Shown here in pieces: positions 48,205-57,798 of a stretch of DNA of 64,000 nucleotides (position 1 is its first letter; every line of letters starts with the position of its first letter). The DNA is taken from positions 1-64,000 of the forward strand of contig CAWFAD010000005.1 in NCBI GenBank assembly GCA_963813815.1, written 5' to 3'. The notes below the pieces were generated by a model. That model ran no database searches. It was not told where the DNA came from and saw only the letters and a list, made by a program, of their open reading frames with translations. The stretch comes from an uncultured bacterium (GTDB taxonomy: Bacteria > Krumholzibacteriota > Krumholzibacteriia > Krumholzibacteriales > Krumholzibacteriaceae). The position numbers and the translations under genes were made by a program.

Positions 48205-49347
48205 ATGTCGAAAATGCCCCTCCTCGCCGCTCTTCTCGCCGCCTTTCTGTCGCTCGCGGGCTGCGGGACCGAGAAGTCGATCGCCCTCTATAACGATGGA
48301 ATCGACGCGGCCGCCCGCGAGGATTACGAGGAGGCCGCGCGGCTTTTCGCGCTCGCCGTCGAGCGCCGCGCCGACGATCCGCAGGCGCGCTACAACCTCG
48401 GCCTCGCCCTCATCGAGCTCGACCGCTTCGCGGAGGCCGAGACGCACCTCAGGGAGGCCGCCGCGCTCGATCCAATGGACCCCGAAGCGCAGGAGCTGCT
48501 CGGCACGAGCCTCGAGAAGCAGGGCAAGCTCCCCGAGGCCAAGGCGGCCTACCGGGCTTCCCTCAACATCAAACCGACTCACGTGCCCGCGTTGCTGGGG
48601 CTCGCGGCAATCGCTCTCGCGGAGAACCAGAACCGCGCCGCGCAGGATTACGCGACCGAGGCATCCGATCTCGACCCGAACAATCTCGAGGCGAACGTTC
48701 TGCTCTCGGAGGCATATTTCCGAAACGGCGAGTACAGCTCGGCCTACGGACAGATCCTCACGGCGAAGCGCCTCAAGCCGACCGACGAGACCGTTCAATT
48801 CCTCTTCGGGAAAATAGCCTACAGCCGGCGCATGTACGAGGATGCGCTCGACGCCCTCGCCGGCGCCCGCTCGCTCGGGCTCGCGAGCGACGAGCTCTTC
48901 CTCTACCTCGGGCTCACGAATCTCGCGCTCGGATCCCTCGGCGACGCGGAGCGCGATTTTCGGCTCTCGATCTACAAGAACGACGCGAACCCCCGCGCGT
49001 GGAGAGGGCTCGGAGAGACCTACATGGTCATGAAGAAATGGGCCGATGCGAACGACGCGATCGGGCGGGCCACCGGGCTCGATCCGGACGACGACCAGCT
49101 GGCGCTCGACCGAGCGCTCATCGCCATGAACACGGGAGATCTCGATCGCGCGGCGGCCGATCTCGAAGCGGTGATCGCGAAACCCGGCGCGCCGCAGACG
49201 ACGGGCTACTACTTGGGCCATGCCTATCTGAGACTGAGACGCGACGCCGATGCGAGAGCCGCCTTCGAGCGTTTCATAGCGATCTATGAGGGCGGAGGCG
49301 CTCTCCTCGACGAGGCGCGCGCGATCGTGGATCGTCTATCGCCCTGA
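48205..49347 (+). CDS. TPR-repeat lipoprotein
   Basis: Lipobox LAGC followed by many TPR repeats. Confidence 0.85.
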   Translation: MSKMPLLAALLAAFLSLAGCGTEKSIALYNDGIDAAAREDYEEAARLFALAVERRADDPQARYNLGLALIELDRFAEAETHLREAAALDPMDPEAQELLGTSLEKQGKLPEAKAAYRASLNIKPTHVPALLGLAAIALAENQNRAAQDYATEASDLDPNNLEANVLLSEAYFRNGEYSSAYGQILTAKRLKPTDETVQFLFGKIAYSRRMYEDALDALAGARSLGLASDELFLYLGLTNLALGSLGDAERDFRLSIYKNDANPRAWRGLGETYMVMKKWADANDAIGRATGLDPDDDQLALDRALIAMNTGDLDRAAADLEAVIAKPGAPQTTGYYLGHAYLRLRRDADARAAFERFIAIYEGGGALLDEARAIVDRLSP

Positions 49348-50250
49348 GCCGGCCGGCTCCCTCCCCGAAGACGGCGCCGCGCCGAATCGCAGGACGATAG
49401 CGATTCCCGCGAGCGCCACCGCGCCTCCCGCAACGGCCGTCCAACCCGGCGCCTCTGCGAGAACGAGCAACGCGAGAACGCTCGCCCCCACGGGTTCCCC
49501 GAGCGACGCGATCGCGACGACCGTCGCATCGAGATGCCGAAGCGCCCAGTTGAAAAGCGAATGTCCGATCGCCTGGCAGACGAGCGCCATGAGAAAGGCG
49601 TAGAGATACGTTCGCGGCTCCCAGCCGGCGAGCGAATCGCCCGAAACGGCCGCTCCCGCCACGAGCAGGACCGCCGCGATCGAGTAGACGGGAAAAACGT
49701 AGGCCGCGATCGACAGCTTGCGTCGCAGCGAGCTTCCCACGAGAAAATAGCCGGCGACGGCGATTGCGCCCCCGATCGCGAGAACGTCGCCTCCGGAGCG
49801 GGCGCTTCCCGGCGCGAGGTCCCCGCCGCCAATGACCGCTCCTCCCGCCAGCGCGAGCGCGAGACCCGCCCAGAACGCCGCAGGGACGCGCTTGCGCGAA
49901 ATCACCGCCGCGTAGAGGCCGACCCACAGGGGGCTCGTCGAAACGAGCACGACGCTGCTCGCGATTCCGGTTCGCGAGAGCGACGAGATCCACAGAATGA
50001 AGTGGAGCGCGAGAAAGCCGCCGGCGAGCGCGAGCGCCCCCCACTCCCCTCGCGAGAGGCCCCGTAGTTCCCGCCGCGTCGCCGCCGATCCGAGCGCCGG
50101 CGCGGCCACGAGAAGCGCCGAGAACACCATGCGCAGCGCCGCCACGACGGAGGGCGGCGCATCGGCGAGCCGCGCGAAGATCGCGCCGAACGAGAGCGCG
50201 ACGATCCCCGCTCCGAGAATGGAATGACACGTTGCGCGACCCGGGCTCAT
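49336..50250 (-). CDS. EamA/DMT-family transporter
   Basis: About 10 TM helices; ALHFILWISSL..T.IASS, GHSLFNWAL and LGEPVGA. Confidence 0.9.
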   Translation of the reverse strand: MSPGRATCHSILGAGIVALSFGAIFARLADAPPSVVAALRMVFSALLVAAPALGSAATRRELRGLSRGEWGALALAGGFLALHFILWISSLSRTGIASSVVLVSTSPLWVGLYAAVISRKRVPAAFWAGLALALAGGAVIGGGDLAPGSARSGGDVLAIGGAIAVAGYFLVGSSLRRKLSIAAYVFPVYSIAAVLLVAGAAVSGDSLAGWEPRTYLYAFLMALVCQAIGHSLFNWALRHLDATVVAIASLGEPVGASVLALLVLAEAPGWTAVAGGAVALAGIAIVLRFGAAPSSGREPAGSGR

Positions 50251-50386
50251 CGATCCTCCGCCGCGGCCCGCCGCTCCGCATCGAGTGGAAGAAGCGTCCG
50301 CGCCTTTTCTCTCAAGCACCGAATCATATTGAACGGGGACGGCTATTCAAGTAGATTCTGCCATCATCCGCGCTGGAGCGGCCGCC

Positions 50387-51169
50387 ATGAATGATAAGAC
50401 CGAAGAACGATCGCGCGACAGAGTCCTCGGGGAAGAATGGCTCGACTGGCACGGGAGCGCCGAGCCTTCCGTTATCCGCGAAGGGAAACGGACCTTTCTC
50501 TTGCTTTCGCTCGTCGTGCTCGCCGTTTTCCTTCTCGCCGCCGCTCTCTTCTGGTACCTCGTCCTTCCCCGCTTCGAGCAGTACGGTCGCGGGGCCGCCG
50601 CCGCCTTCACGGTGGTCGCGGCGTCCGGGGCCGCGTTCCTTCTCTTCTGGTACGGCCTCCTCATCGGATCCGTTCTCTCGCGCCGGCTCTATCTCGCCCT
50701 CTGCATGAGCCGCGGCCGCAGGCTTCTCTTCATGCTCTTTCCGTTCGTCGCGCGGCTCGCCTCGTCCCTCGGCATCTCGCGCGACCGCATCGGCCACTCC
50801 TTCATAGAAGTGAGCAACCGGCTCACCGCGGCATCCGGGGGAAGCGGCGTCGTGCTCGCGCTCATCCCCCGCTGTCTCCGCCCGGAGCTCAAGCGGGAGC
50901 TTCGGGAAATCTGCTCGGCCCATCCGGACGTCGTGCTCCACACGGCTCCCGGCGGCACCGAAGCGCGCGCCTACATCCGCGAGCTGCATCCGCGGGCGAT
51001 CGTCGCGGTCGCCTGCGAGCGCGATCTCATGGGAGGAATCCATGACGTCGCTCCGCACATCCCGGTCATCGGCGTTCCGAACTCGCGTCCGGCCGGCCCC
51101 TGCAAGGAGACGGTCATCGACATCGACGCCTTTCGCGAAGCGCTGCGGTTCTTCGGCGGGCCTTCGTGA
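50387..51169 (+). CDS. DUF116 domain membrane protein
   Basis: Two N-terminal TM helices; LIPRCL, PGGTEAR, AVACERDL..G and GPCKET. Confidence 0.85.
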   Translation: MNDKTEERSRDRVLGEEWLDWHGSAEPSVIREGKRTFLLLSLVVLAVFLLAAALFWYLVLPRFEQYGRGAAAAFTVVAASGAAFLLFWYGLLIGSVLSRRLYLALCMSRGRRLLFMLFPFVARLASSLGISRDRIGHSFIEVSNRLTAASGGSGVVLALIPRCLRPELKRELREICSAHPDVVLHTAPGGTEARAYIRELHPRAIVAVACERDLMGGIHDVAPHIPVIGVPNSRPAGPCKETVIDIDAFREALRFFGGPS

Positions 51170-51193
51170 AACCGGGGGCGGCGGACGGCAGGT

Positions 51194-51577
51194 TCAGATG
51201 GATTGAACGTTGTTTCGGGCGAGGAGCTCCGCGATCTTCTCGAGCAGCGTCCCCGTATTGAAGGGCTTCTCCATCCAGATGTCGGGGCTTATCGACGCCT
51301 CGTCTCCCTGTCCCCAACGGCTATGCGCCGTGAGCATGATCACGGGGACCCCGCTCAGTCCCTCGGCGCGGCGTATCCCGCGGCACACCTCCGCTCCGTC
51401 GAGCACCGGAAGCGTGAGATCCAGTATGACGAGATCGGGACGTTGCGCGAGCGCCGTCTCGAGACCCTCTTTTCCGTCGTGCGCGCTGATGGTTTCGTAT
51501 CCCGCGCGTTTCAGGATGAACTCCAGAATCTTCACGAGATGAACCTCGTCGTCGATTATGAGAATCCTCGGGGCCAT
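51194..51577 (-). CDS. Single-domain response regulator
   Basis: ILIIDDE, LDLTLP, MLTA and EKPF. Confidence 0.9.
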   Translation of the reverse strand: MAPRILIIDDEVHLVKILEFILKRAGYETISAHDGKEGLETALAQRPDLVILDLTLPVLDGAEVCRGIRRAEGLSGVPVIMLTAHSRWGQGDEASISPDIWMEKPFNTGTLLEKIAELLARNNVQSI

Positions 51578-51797
51578 TCTATCGCCCGTCCTCCGATGTC
51601 GAGATCGCGTTCGAGCGTCCTTGGTTCGATGGAGCCGCCTCAGGTTTCCCTTGAAAGATGCATGCCAGAACAAGTTCTATCCACTCGACATCCGCGCGGG
51701 GGATGTGATATAATAACAGCATTGGAAGCAATTCGTTGCTTGAAGCGTTTATAAATCGGCATTAAGTAGCTAGTATAACATCATGGGAGGAAATAAG

Positions 51798-52193
51798 ATG
51801 CGCAAGGCTACTTACGCTGTTTCGATTTTCACCGTCGCGGCCATGCTTCTTTTTGCGACAACCGCCGCATTTGCGGCGCCCGCCGCGGTGAAAAAGAGCG
51901 TCCAGAAGCTCGAGAACGGCAACTACCTCATCAAGCTCGTCGTCACGGCGGAGAGAGGCGAGCTGTACGCCTTCGAGCTCAAGGATCCGCAGAGCGCCAT
52001 CATCGACGTCTACGCGCCGAAGAGCTGGTGCATGCTCACCGACGGCGCCGCGCTCCTCTCGCGCACGGAGTCGGCTCCGATCGACGCCAAGAGAGGCCTC
52101 GAGTTCATCATCCACGCGACGAGCCCCGACGCGCAGTTCGTCTGGACGTTCTTCGACCGCGTGAAGCAGATCGGCGCTCCCGAAGTTCTCTAG
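51798..52193 (+). CDS. Hypothetical secreted protein (131 aa)
   Basis: GGGAGG SD, signal peptide ending AFA and typical codon usage; upstream TCGACA-N18-TATAAT. Confidence 0.75.
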   Translation: MRKATYAVSIFTVAAMLLFATTAAFAAPAAVKKSVQKLENGNYLIKLVVTAERGELYAFELKDPQSAIIDVYAPKSWCMLTDGAALLSRTESAPIDAKRGLEFIIHATSPDAQFVWTFFDRVKQIGAPEVL

Positions 52194-52284
52194 GCTTCGC
52201 GCCACGGCATTGACATCACCCGGGGCGATCCTCTCACACGTGAGGATGGATCTCCTCGGGTGATTCTTTTTGCGGGGGACCATT

Positions 52285-53730
52285 TCAATCCATGCTGTAT
52301 TGGCCGACATCGACGTCGCGCACCGGATTGTCGAGTATGCCGACGATGCGGCGCAGGGGCTTCTTGGTGAGGGGGTCCAGCTCTCCGAGATCGATCACGA
52401 TCTCGTCGCCGACCGCTTCGCCGGATGGGCTCGTCAAGAGTCGAACGCGCGCGATCTCCTTGCCCGGCGCGCCGAATTCGACCACGACGGCGGTCTCGCC
52501 GGTCGAGAGCTTCAGCACGCTCCCGATCGGAATGTTCCCGAGCATGCGCAGGAATACGTTGAAGAAATCCCGGTGGAACTCGGTCCCGCTCCCCTTCGCC
52601 ATCAGCTTGATGGCCTCGTACGGATTGAGCTGCCGGCGGTACGGGCGTCTCGTCGTGAGCGCGTCGTAGGTATCGGCGATGCGGACGATCTCGCTTCCCT
52701 TGTGCGCCGTGAATCCGGGCTTCGGTTTGGGATAGCCCACGTAGTCGTGCCGCATATGATGCTCGTAGGCGACGCGCCGGCAGAGAAGGTCGAATCCCTC
52801 CTCCCTCAATATGCGCTCGCCGTCGACGGGATGCCGCTTCATTGCCTGCCATTCGCTCGGCGTCAGGCGCCCCGTTTTCCGGATAATCTCGAGCGGCACG
52901 TAAAGCTTTCCGATGTCGTGCATGAGCGCCGCATGCGCGATACCGTCGATGAAACCCTCGGAGAACCCGAGCGCGCTCGATATCGCCGCCGCTATGACGG
53001 CCACGTTGATCGAATGCGTGAAGGTGTAGTCGTCGAACTCTCTCAGCGAGTTGAGGAGCAGGATGGTCGCCGTGTCGCGCCCCTCCCGCTCGATGACGCC
53101 CATGATCGCCTCGCCGGCATTCGCCCCGTCCTTCGACTGGAGCTTTTCGAGCCGCTGGAGAATGCCGTGAACGACCTTCCCCATGGCCCCGCCGCCCGCT
53201 CCGCCCGCCGCTCCATCGCGCTCTTCGTTCAGCACGAGGTCGCGTCCGGCCGGAACGAGAGAGCGCTCGGGCGCGATGTCCGCCGCCGCAGACCGGTTCC
53301 GCACGCGGATGCTGCGAACCTGCGCGCCGAGCGTCGCGAAATCGGCCCCGGCGACGCCGCAAGGAGGCGCCGCGAGCAGCCGCGCGAAGCACGCGAGCTC
53401 TTCGGACGTCGTTTCCCGCTGAAACTCGATCTCGCCGATAGCGTGCCTCGTGAGCGACTCGCGCAGGAGAAGAGCGGCCTGATCGTGCGTCTCCCGCAGG
53501 TCGACCACGAAATTGAGGCAATGAAGGGATTTTCCCGAAAAGAAAAGCTGCACGGATTTGCGGCGCTCGAGAAGCACGCCGAGATGCAGGTGGGCCTGCT
53601 TGAGCGCTTTTTTCACGGACGGATGCCCGGCCGGAAACAGGCGCGACTGCAGAACGAGCTGCGCGAGGGAACTGATCGACTCGCGTAGCTGCTGAAACTC
53701 GAGCGGCAATGCCTCCAATACTGCCTGCAT
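52285..53730 (-). CDS. HD-GYP domain phosphodiesterase
   Basis: YTFTHS, LMHDIGK, HHMRHDYVGYP and IADTYDALTTRRPYR. Confidence 0.92.
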   Translation of the reverse strand: MQAVLEALPLEFQQLRESISSLAQLVLQSRLFPAGHPSVKKALKQAHLHLGVLLERRKSVQLFFSGKSLHCLNFVVDLRETHDQAALLLRESLTRHAIGEIEFQRETTSEELACFARLLAAPPCGVAGADFATLGAQVRSIRVRNRSAAADIAPERSLVPAGRDLVLNEERDGAAGGAGGGAMGKVVHGILQRLEKLQSKDGANAGEAIMGVIEREGRDTATILLLNSLREFDDYTFTHSINVAVIAAAISSALGFSEGFIDGIAHAALMHDIGKLYVPLEIIRKTGRLTPSEWQAMKRHPVDGERILREEGFDLLCRRVAYEHHMRHDYVGYPKPKPGFTAHKGSEIVRIADTYDALTTRRPYRRQLNPYEAIKLMAKGSGTEFHRDFFNVFLRMLGNIPIGSVLKLSTGETAVVVEFGAPGKEIARVRLLTSPSGEAVGDEIVIDLGELDPLTKKPLRRIVGILDNPVRDVDVGQYSMD

Positions 53731-53910
53731 CGACCCTCTCTTGCGCGGACGATTCAATCAGTAAACGGAATAACCCGTTGCCATTAAATGCAAATATCAT
53801 ACCTATAGGACGGCCCCCGGCCCCTTGTCGTCCACGAAACGACGTTGATTCCGGGGAAGCGCCGCCGTAAGATGTCCGTCATGACGACCTCGTCGCGCAA
53901 AATCACGAGT

Positions 53911-55926
53911 ATGCTCCGCGGCTCGGGCCCGGCAATCGCCCTGCTCGCTTTCCTTCTCTCCTCTTGCGCGTTGCATCCAGAACGGAGGCAAGTCGTTGAG
54001 GAAGCAGATTTTATCGAGCAGATACCGCAGGCGGAGCGAGTCGATCTCGCCGAGCGCATAGCGGCGCTCTCCGGGGAAATCGAGCTCGATTTCAAAAACG
54101 CCGAGCTCCATCGCCGCCTCGCGGTTCTTTATCGGCTGCAAGGTACCCCCCGCAGCCGTCTTCTCTCCTTGGAGGAAATCGACCGGGCGATCATGCTCGA
54201 TCCGGGGAACGCAGTCTACCGGGTCGAAAAGGGCCTCACCCTCGCCGCCCGCCGATTCGCGGGCGAAGCGGAAGCGGCCTTCCTCGAAGCGACGCGGCTC
54301 GATCCGCGATGCTCGGCGGCGTGGTTCCAGCTCGGCCGCCTCGAGCGCGACGAGTACCTCGCCACGATGTGCTATCCGGATCATCTCGCGAAGGCGATCG
54401 AGCATTTCGGCAAGGCCCTGCAGCGCAACCGCAAGGATGAGGAAACGCTTCTCAATCTGGCGTTCCTCCATTCGCTCCGTCAGATGCACCGGACGGGCTT
54501 GCAGCACGCCACCCGCGCCGCCGCATACCATCCGCGGAGCGCCCGCGCACGTCTGCTCGCCGGGATGCTCCTCACGAAGCTCATGCGATTCGGAGCGGCC
54601 GACTCATCGTTCGCGAGCGCCTTTCTCCTCATGAGCGAGGAAGAGCGCAAGCCGTACGAGAACATCGCTCCGCTCCTTTCGGACGAGGAGCGCGAGCTCT
54701 ACCTTTCGTCCCTCCCGGCGAAGCGCGAGGACTGGAACCGCCGATTCTGGGCCGAAGCGGATCCGACGCCGGCGACCGAGGCCAACGAGCGGCTGCTCGA
54801 GCACTACAGCCGCGTCGTCATCGCCGACTGGGCGCTGTCGAACGAGCGGATGGATCTCGTCGGGTCGCAATCCGACCGCGGCGCCGCGCTCATCCGCTTC
54901 GGGGTGCCCGACCGGAAGTACCACGATCTCGGCTCGGGCACGTCCGGCGCATGGGTCGTTTGGGGCTATAACCTGCCCGGCGGCGCCATGCTCCTGTATT
55001 TCAACGACGAGTTTCTGAACGGCGACTACCATTTCCCCATCAGCGACTATTACGGCGCCGTTTCGCGCCGGATGCTCGAGACGGCCCCCCAGCGGTACGA
55101 ATATCCGATCGCCTACGCCGCGTTTCCGATCGGCGTCGAGATGGCGGAGCTCCGCGGCTCGGATGAGCGGACGCGCATAGAGTTTTCGCTGGCGATCCCC
55201 GATTCGACGAGGACGGGCGGCGGGAGATGGAACCTCTTTCTCACGCTCTTCGACTCCGAGTGGAACCGCTTCTCGCGCGACCGCTTGACGTTTCGCTCCG
55301 ACAGTCTCGTGCGGATCGAAAAACCGGGCGGCGCTTACTTCGTTTACTCCGCCGCGATCGAGACGCTGCCGCGCGAGCTCGGCGGCACCTGCGTTCTCGA
55401 GCTCGTCGACGACGCGAGCCGAAAGAAGGCCGTGCGCCGCTATCCGCTCGCGCTGCGCTCCCTGCACGGCCGTTCCCTCAAGATCTCGGACATCAAGTTC
55501 ACGATGCCCGCGGGGGGCGCCTGCGGGAGCGTCGTCGACCCGCTGTCCCTCTATTTTCGGAAGGACTCCCTCTGCCTCTCCTACGAAGTGTACAACCTCG
55601 AGCCCGGCGCGGACGGAATGTCTCGCTATCGCATCACGTACGCCATCCAGAAGCCCGGCCCGGAAGAGGGCGACTCTCGGGCGAGCCCGCGGCGCACGCT
55701 ATCCTACATGTGGCGCGGAATACGCGGGGGAAAGGATGACGAGAAACCATACGTGAAGAGCAGCTTCGAGCAGCGCACGAACGCCACCGTCGTCGTCGAC
55801 CGTCTTCGCATCGACCTCGGCTCGCTCGATCCGGGAGCCTATCTCCTCGTTTTGCTCGTCGAGGATCTCGAAACGGGGCAGTCGGCCGGCGGGAGCAGGA
55901 GATTCACCATCAGCGACTCAAGCTGA
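53911..55926 (+). CDS. TPR + GWxTD-like domain lipoprotein
   Basis: Lipobox LSSC; TPRs; RFWAEADPTPATEANE..EHYSR and SDRGAALIRFGVPD; C-terminal Ig-like region. Start codon uncertain. Confidence 0.78.
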   Translation: MLRGSGPAIALLAFLLSSCALHPERRQVVEEADFIEQIPQAERVDLAERIAALSGEIELDFKNAELHRRLAVLYRLQGTPRSRLLSLEEIDRAIMLDPGNAVYRVEKGLTLAARRFAGEAEAAFLEATRLDPRCSAAWFQLGRLERDEYLATMCYPDHLAKAIEHFGKALQRNRKDEETLLNLAFLHSLRQMHRTGLQHATRAAAYHPRSARARLLAGMLLTKLMRFGAADSSFASAFLLMSEEERKPYENIAPLLSDEERELYLSSLPAKREDWNRRFWAEADPTPATEANERLLEHYSRVVIADWALSNERMDLVGSQSDRGAALIRFGVPDRKYHDLGSGTSGAWVVWGYNLPGGAMLLYFNDEFLNGDYHFPISDYYGAVSRRMLETAPQRYEYPIAYAAFPIGVEMAELRGSDERTRIEFSLAIPDSTRTGGGRWNLFLTLFDSEWNRFSRDRLTFRSDSLVRIEKPGGAYFVYSAAIETLPRELGGTCVLELVDDASRKKAVRRYPLALRSLHGRSLKISDIKFTMPAGGACGSVVDPLSLYFRKDSLCLSYEVYNLEPGADGMSRYRITYAIQKPGPEEGDSRASPRRTLSYMWRGIRGGKDDEKPYVKSSFEQRTNATVVVDRLRIDLGSLDPGAYLLVLLVEDLETGQSAGGSRRFTISDSS

Positions 55927-56326
55927 ACGGAACGCGCACGAAGGGAATCGGCTTTCCGCTGTCGGAGTCGGTCGACGCCTCTTCCTCTTCGCCCGGATCA
56001 ATCATCATGTACACCAGGTAGCCGACGGCAGCCGCCACGATGGCGACCATGACGACTTCCTTGTAGATCCCCGGTCCCTCTTCTTCCTCGAGCTCGACGT
56101 CGAACGTTTCCACGCTGTCCTGGCCCGAGGCGGAGAAGAGCGCCGGGGCTCCGCCCAGAGCCTCATCCGCTCCGGAGACGAGCTCGAGCCGCGGGGCGCT
56201 GCCCGCGGCCGGCCCGAGGATCCCGCTCGAGTCGAACACGCTCTCGCTCCGCGAGGGCGAGGTCCACAGCAGCGACCAGGCGAGCATCGAGACGAGGGCG
56301 ACCGGCGTACCTATTCTCTTTCGCAT
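55910..56326 (-). CDS. Hypothetical exported/membrane protein
   Basis: Signal peptide plus one TM helix; GGAG SD overlapping the upstream stop region. Confidence 0.65.
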   Translation of the reverse strand: MRKRIGTPVALVSMLAWSLLWTSPSRSESVFDSSGILGPAAGSAPRLELVSGADEALGGAPALFSASGQDSVETFDVELEEEEGPGIYKEVVMVAIVAAAVGYLVYMMIDPGEEEEASTDSDSGKPIPFVRVPFSLSR

Positions 56327-56332
56327 GCTCCA

Positions 56333-56875
56333 TCACTTCCACAAATCGGTTTCGGTTTTGTCCCAGCGGTCGTACCTGAGAATATCCTCGAGCGCCTTGC
56401 GCGGCCGCACGACGCGTTCGCCGGAGGGATACCCTATCGGCGTGAGGGCGACGATCTTTTGGTCGTCGGGAACGCCGAGAACGGCGCGCACCTCTTCCTC
56501 GAGAAAGGCGCCGATCCAGCACGTGCCGAGCCCCTCGGCCGAGGCCGCGAGCATGAGATGCTCAAAGGCTATGCCGATGTCGACCGGCAGGCTGTTCCAG
56601 TACCCGCCCATCTTCTGATACGCCATATCTTCGCGCCCGCACGCGGCGACGACGACCGGCGCCTCGGCGATGAAGCTCTGGCCCTTGCACGCCGGAACGA
56701 GCCGCAGCTTCGTCTCGCGATCCGTCACGACGACAAAGGTCCACGGCTGCCCGTTCTTTCCCGAGGGCGCGAGTCGGGCCGCATCGAGAACGCGGCGCAG
56801 CTTGTCCGGCTCAACGGGATCGGACCGGTAAGCGCGCACGCTCGTCCGAAGTGTGATTGCGTCATAGATGTCCAT
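56333..56875 (-). CDS. Nitroreductase family protein
   Basis: RTSVRAY, APSGKNGQPW, EGLGTCWIG and PIGYP; GGAGG SD. Confidence 0.92.
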   Translation of the reverse strand: MDIYDAITLRTSVRAYRSDPVEPDKLRRVLDAARLAPSGKNGQPWTFVVVTDRETKLRLVPACKGQSFIAEAPVVVAACGREDMAYQKMGGYWNSLPVDIGIAFEHLMLAASAEGLGTCWIGAFLEEEVRAVLGVPDDQKIVALTPIGYPSGERVVRPRKALEDILRYDRWDKTETDLWK

Positions 56876-56975
56876 CGAGCCTCCTCGGTTCCACCCGCTC
56901 GCATGTAAATATAGTATGCCGGGCGTCGAAATTCCACGATAACCCTTCCGCCGGGCGCGGGTTCGGCGCGCGTTC

Positions 56976-57005
56976 TTGCATTCTCCCCCCCGCCGACCGT
57001 ATACT
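56976..57005 (+). promoter_or_regulatory. Putative sigma70 promoter of the TonB-like gene
   Basis: TTGCAT-N18-TATACT. Confidence 0.5.
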
Positions 57006-57086
57006 GAAACCGGAGGGCGGCGGCAGCGCGCGTCCCCCGGGGACATCGATCGCCGAGGCGCCGCCTTCCGGCGCGAGGAATTCTTT

Positions 57087-57737
57087 ATGCATGCCGACGA
57101 AAACGGTCCGTTCCCGAAGCGGCGGCGCAGCAACCGCCAGTGGGCGCTCATCGTGTTGTGCGCGCTTCTGTTCCATGCGGCGCTTCTCCTTTTCTTCAGG
57201 CCGCAGTACCTCACGTTCCTGCGCCGGGATATCCCTGAGGGCCAAGAGGAATGGGGCCGATTCCCGTACCTCGACAACCCGTTTCAGGTCATTCCCACGA
57301 TGCCGGCGAACCCCTCCTCTCCCCTTCATCCCTCGATTCCCCTCGACCCCCGCGAAACGGGGGACGAGGAGCCCGCGGATTTCGTCATCGGAGAGCCGCA
57401 GAGCGATATGCCTCCGCTGCAGCGCCCGGCGGGAGGCGCCGGCGCCGCCGGCCGCCCCGCCGCGCGCGCGACGACCGTGCAGCCGAAGCCGCTCTACATC
57501 CCGTGGCCCACCTATCCGAGGGGAGTGAAGGAAACTCAGGGAAGCGTCGAGCTGCTCGTTCTCGTGAACGAGCGGGGGGAAGTCGAGGAAGTCACCGTCG
57601 CCAAGAGCCTCCCCGAGCGCGAGCTCAACCGGATCGCCGTCGATGCGGCCCGCAGGATCCGCTTCATTCCCGGAATGGAGCGCGGGGTGCGAGCCTCCAT
57701 GTGGGTCCGCCTCTCCATCGGCTTTCAACCCCGGTAG
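57087..57737 (+). CDS. TonB-family energy transducer
   Basis: N-terminal TM with His (ALLFHAALL), Pro-rich linker and TonB_C domain (PTYP..QGSVELLVLVNERGEV..AVDAARRIRFIP). Confidence 0.85.
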   Translation: MHADENGPFPKRRRSNRQWALIVLCALLFHAALLLFFRPQYLTFLRRDIPEGQEEWGRFPYLDNPFQVIPTMPANPSSPLHPSIPLDPRETGDEEPADFVIGEPQSDMPPLQRPAGGAGAAGRPAARATTVQPKPLYIPWPTYPRGVKETQGSVELLVLVNERGEVEEVTVAKSLPERELNRIAVDAARRIRFIPGMERGVRASMWVRLSIGFQPR

Positions 57738-57798
57738 AGCCGGTTCCGGCTCCGCCGCGAAGCGCCGTCGCCCCGCTTGCGCGGGCGAGCAGGGCTCC

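Noticed and set aside
51652..51667. Sigma54 promoter upstream of the stand-alone response regulator
   Set aside because: TGGCATGCATCTTTCA has TC instead of the nearly invariant -12 GC, which is insufficient on its own.
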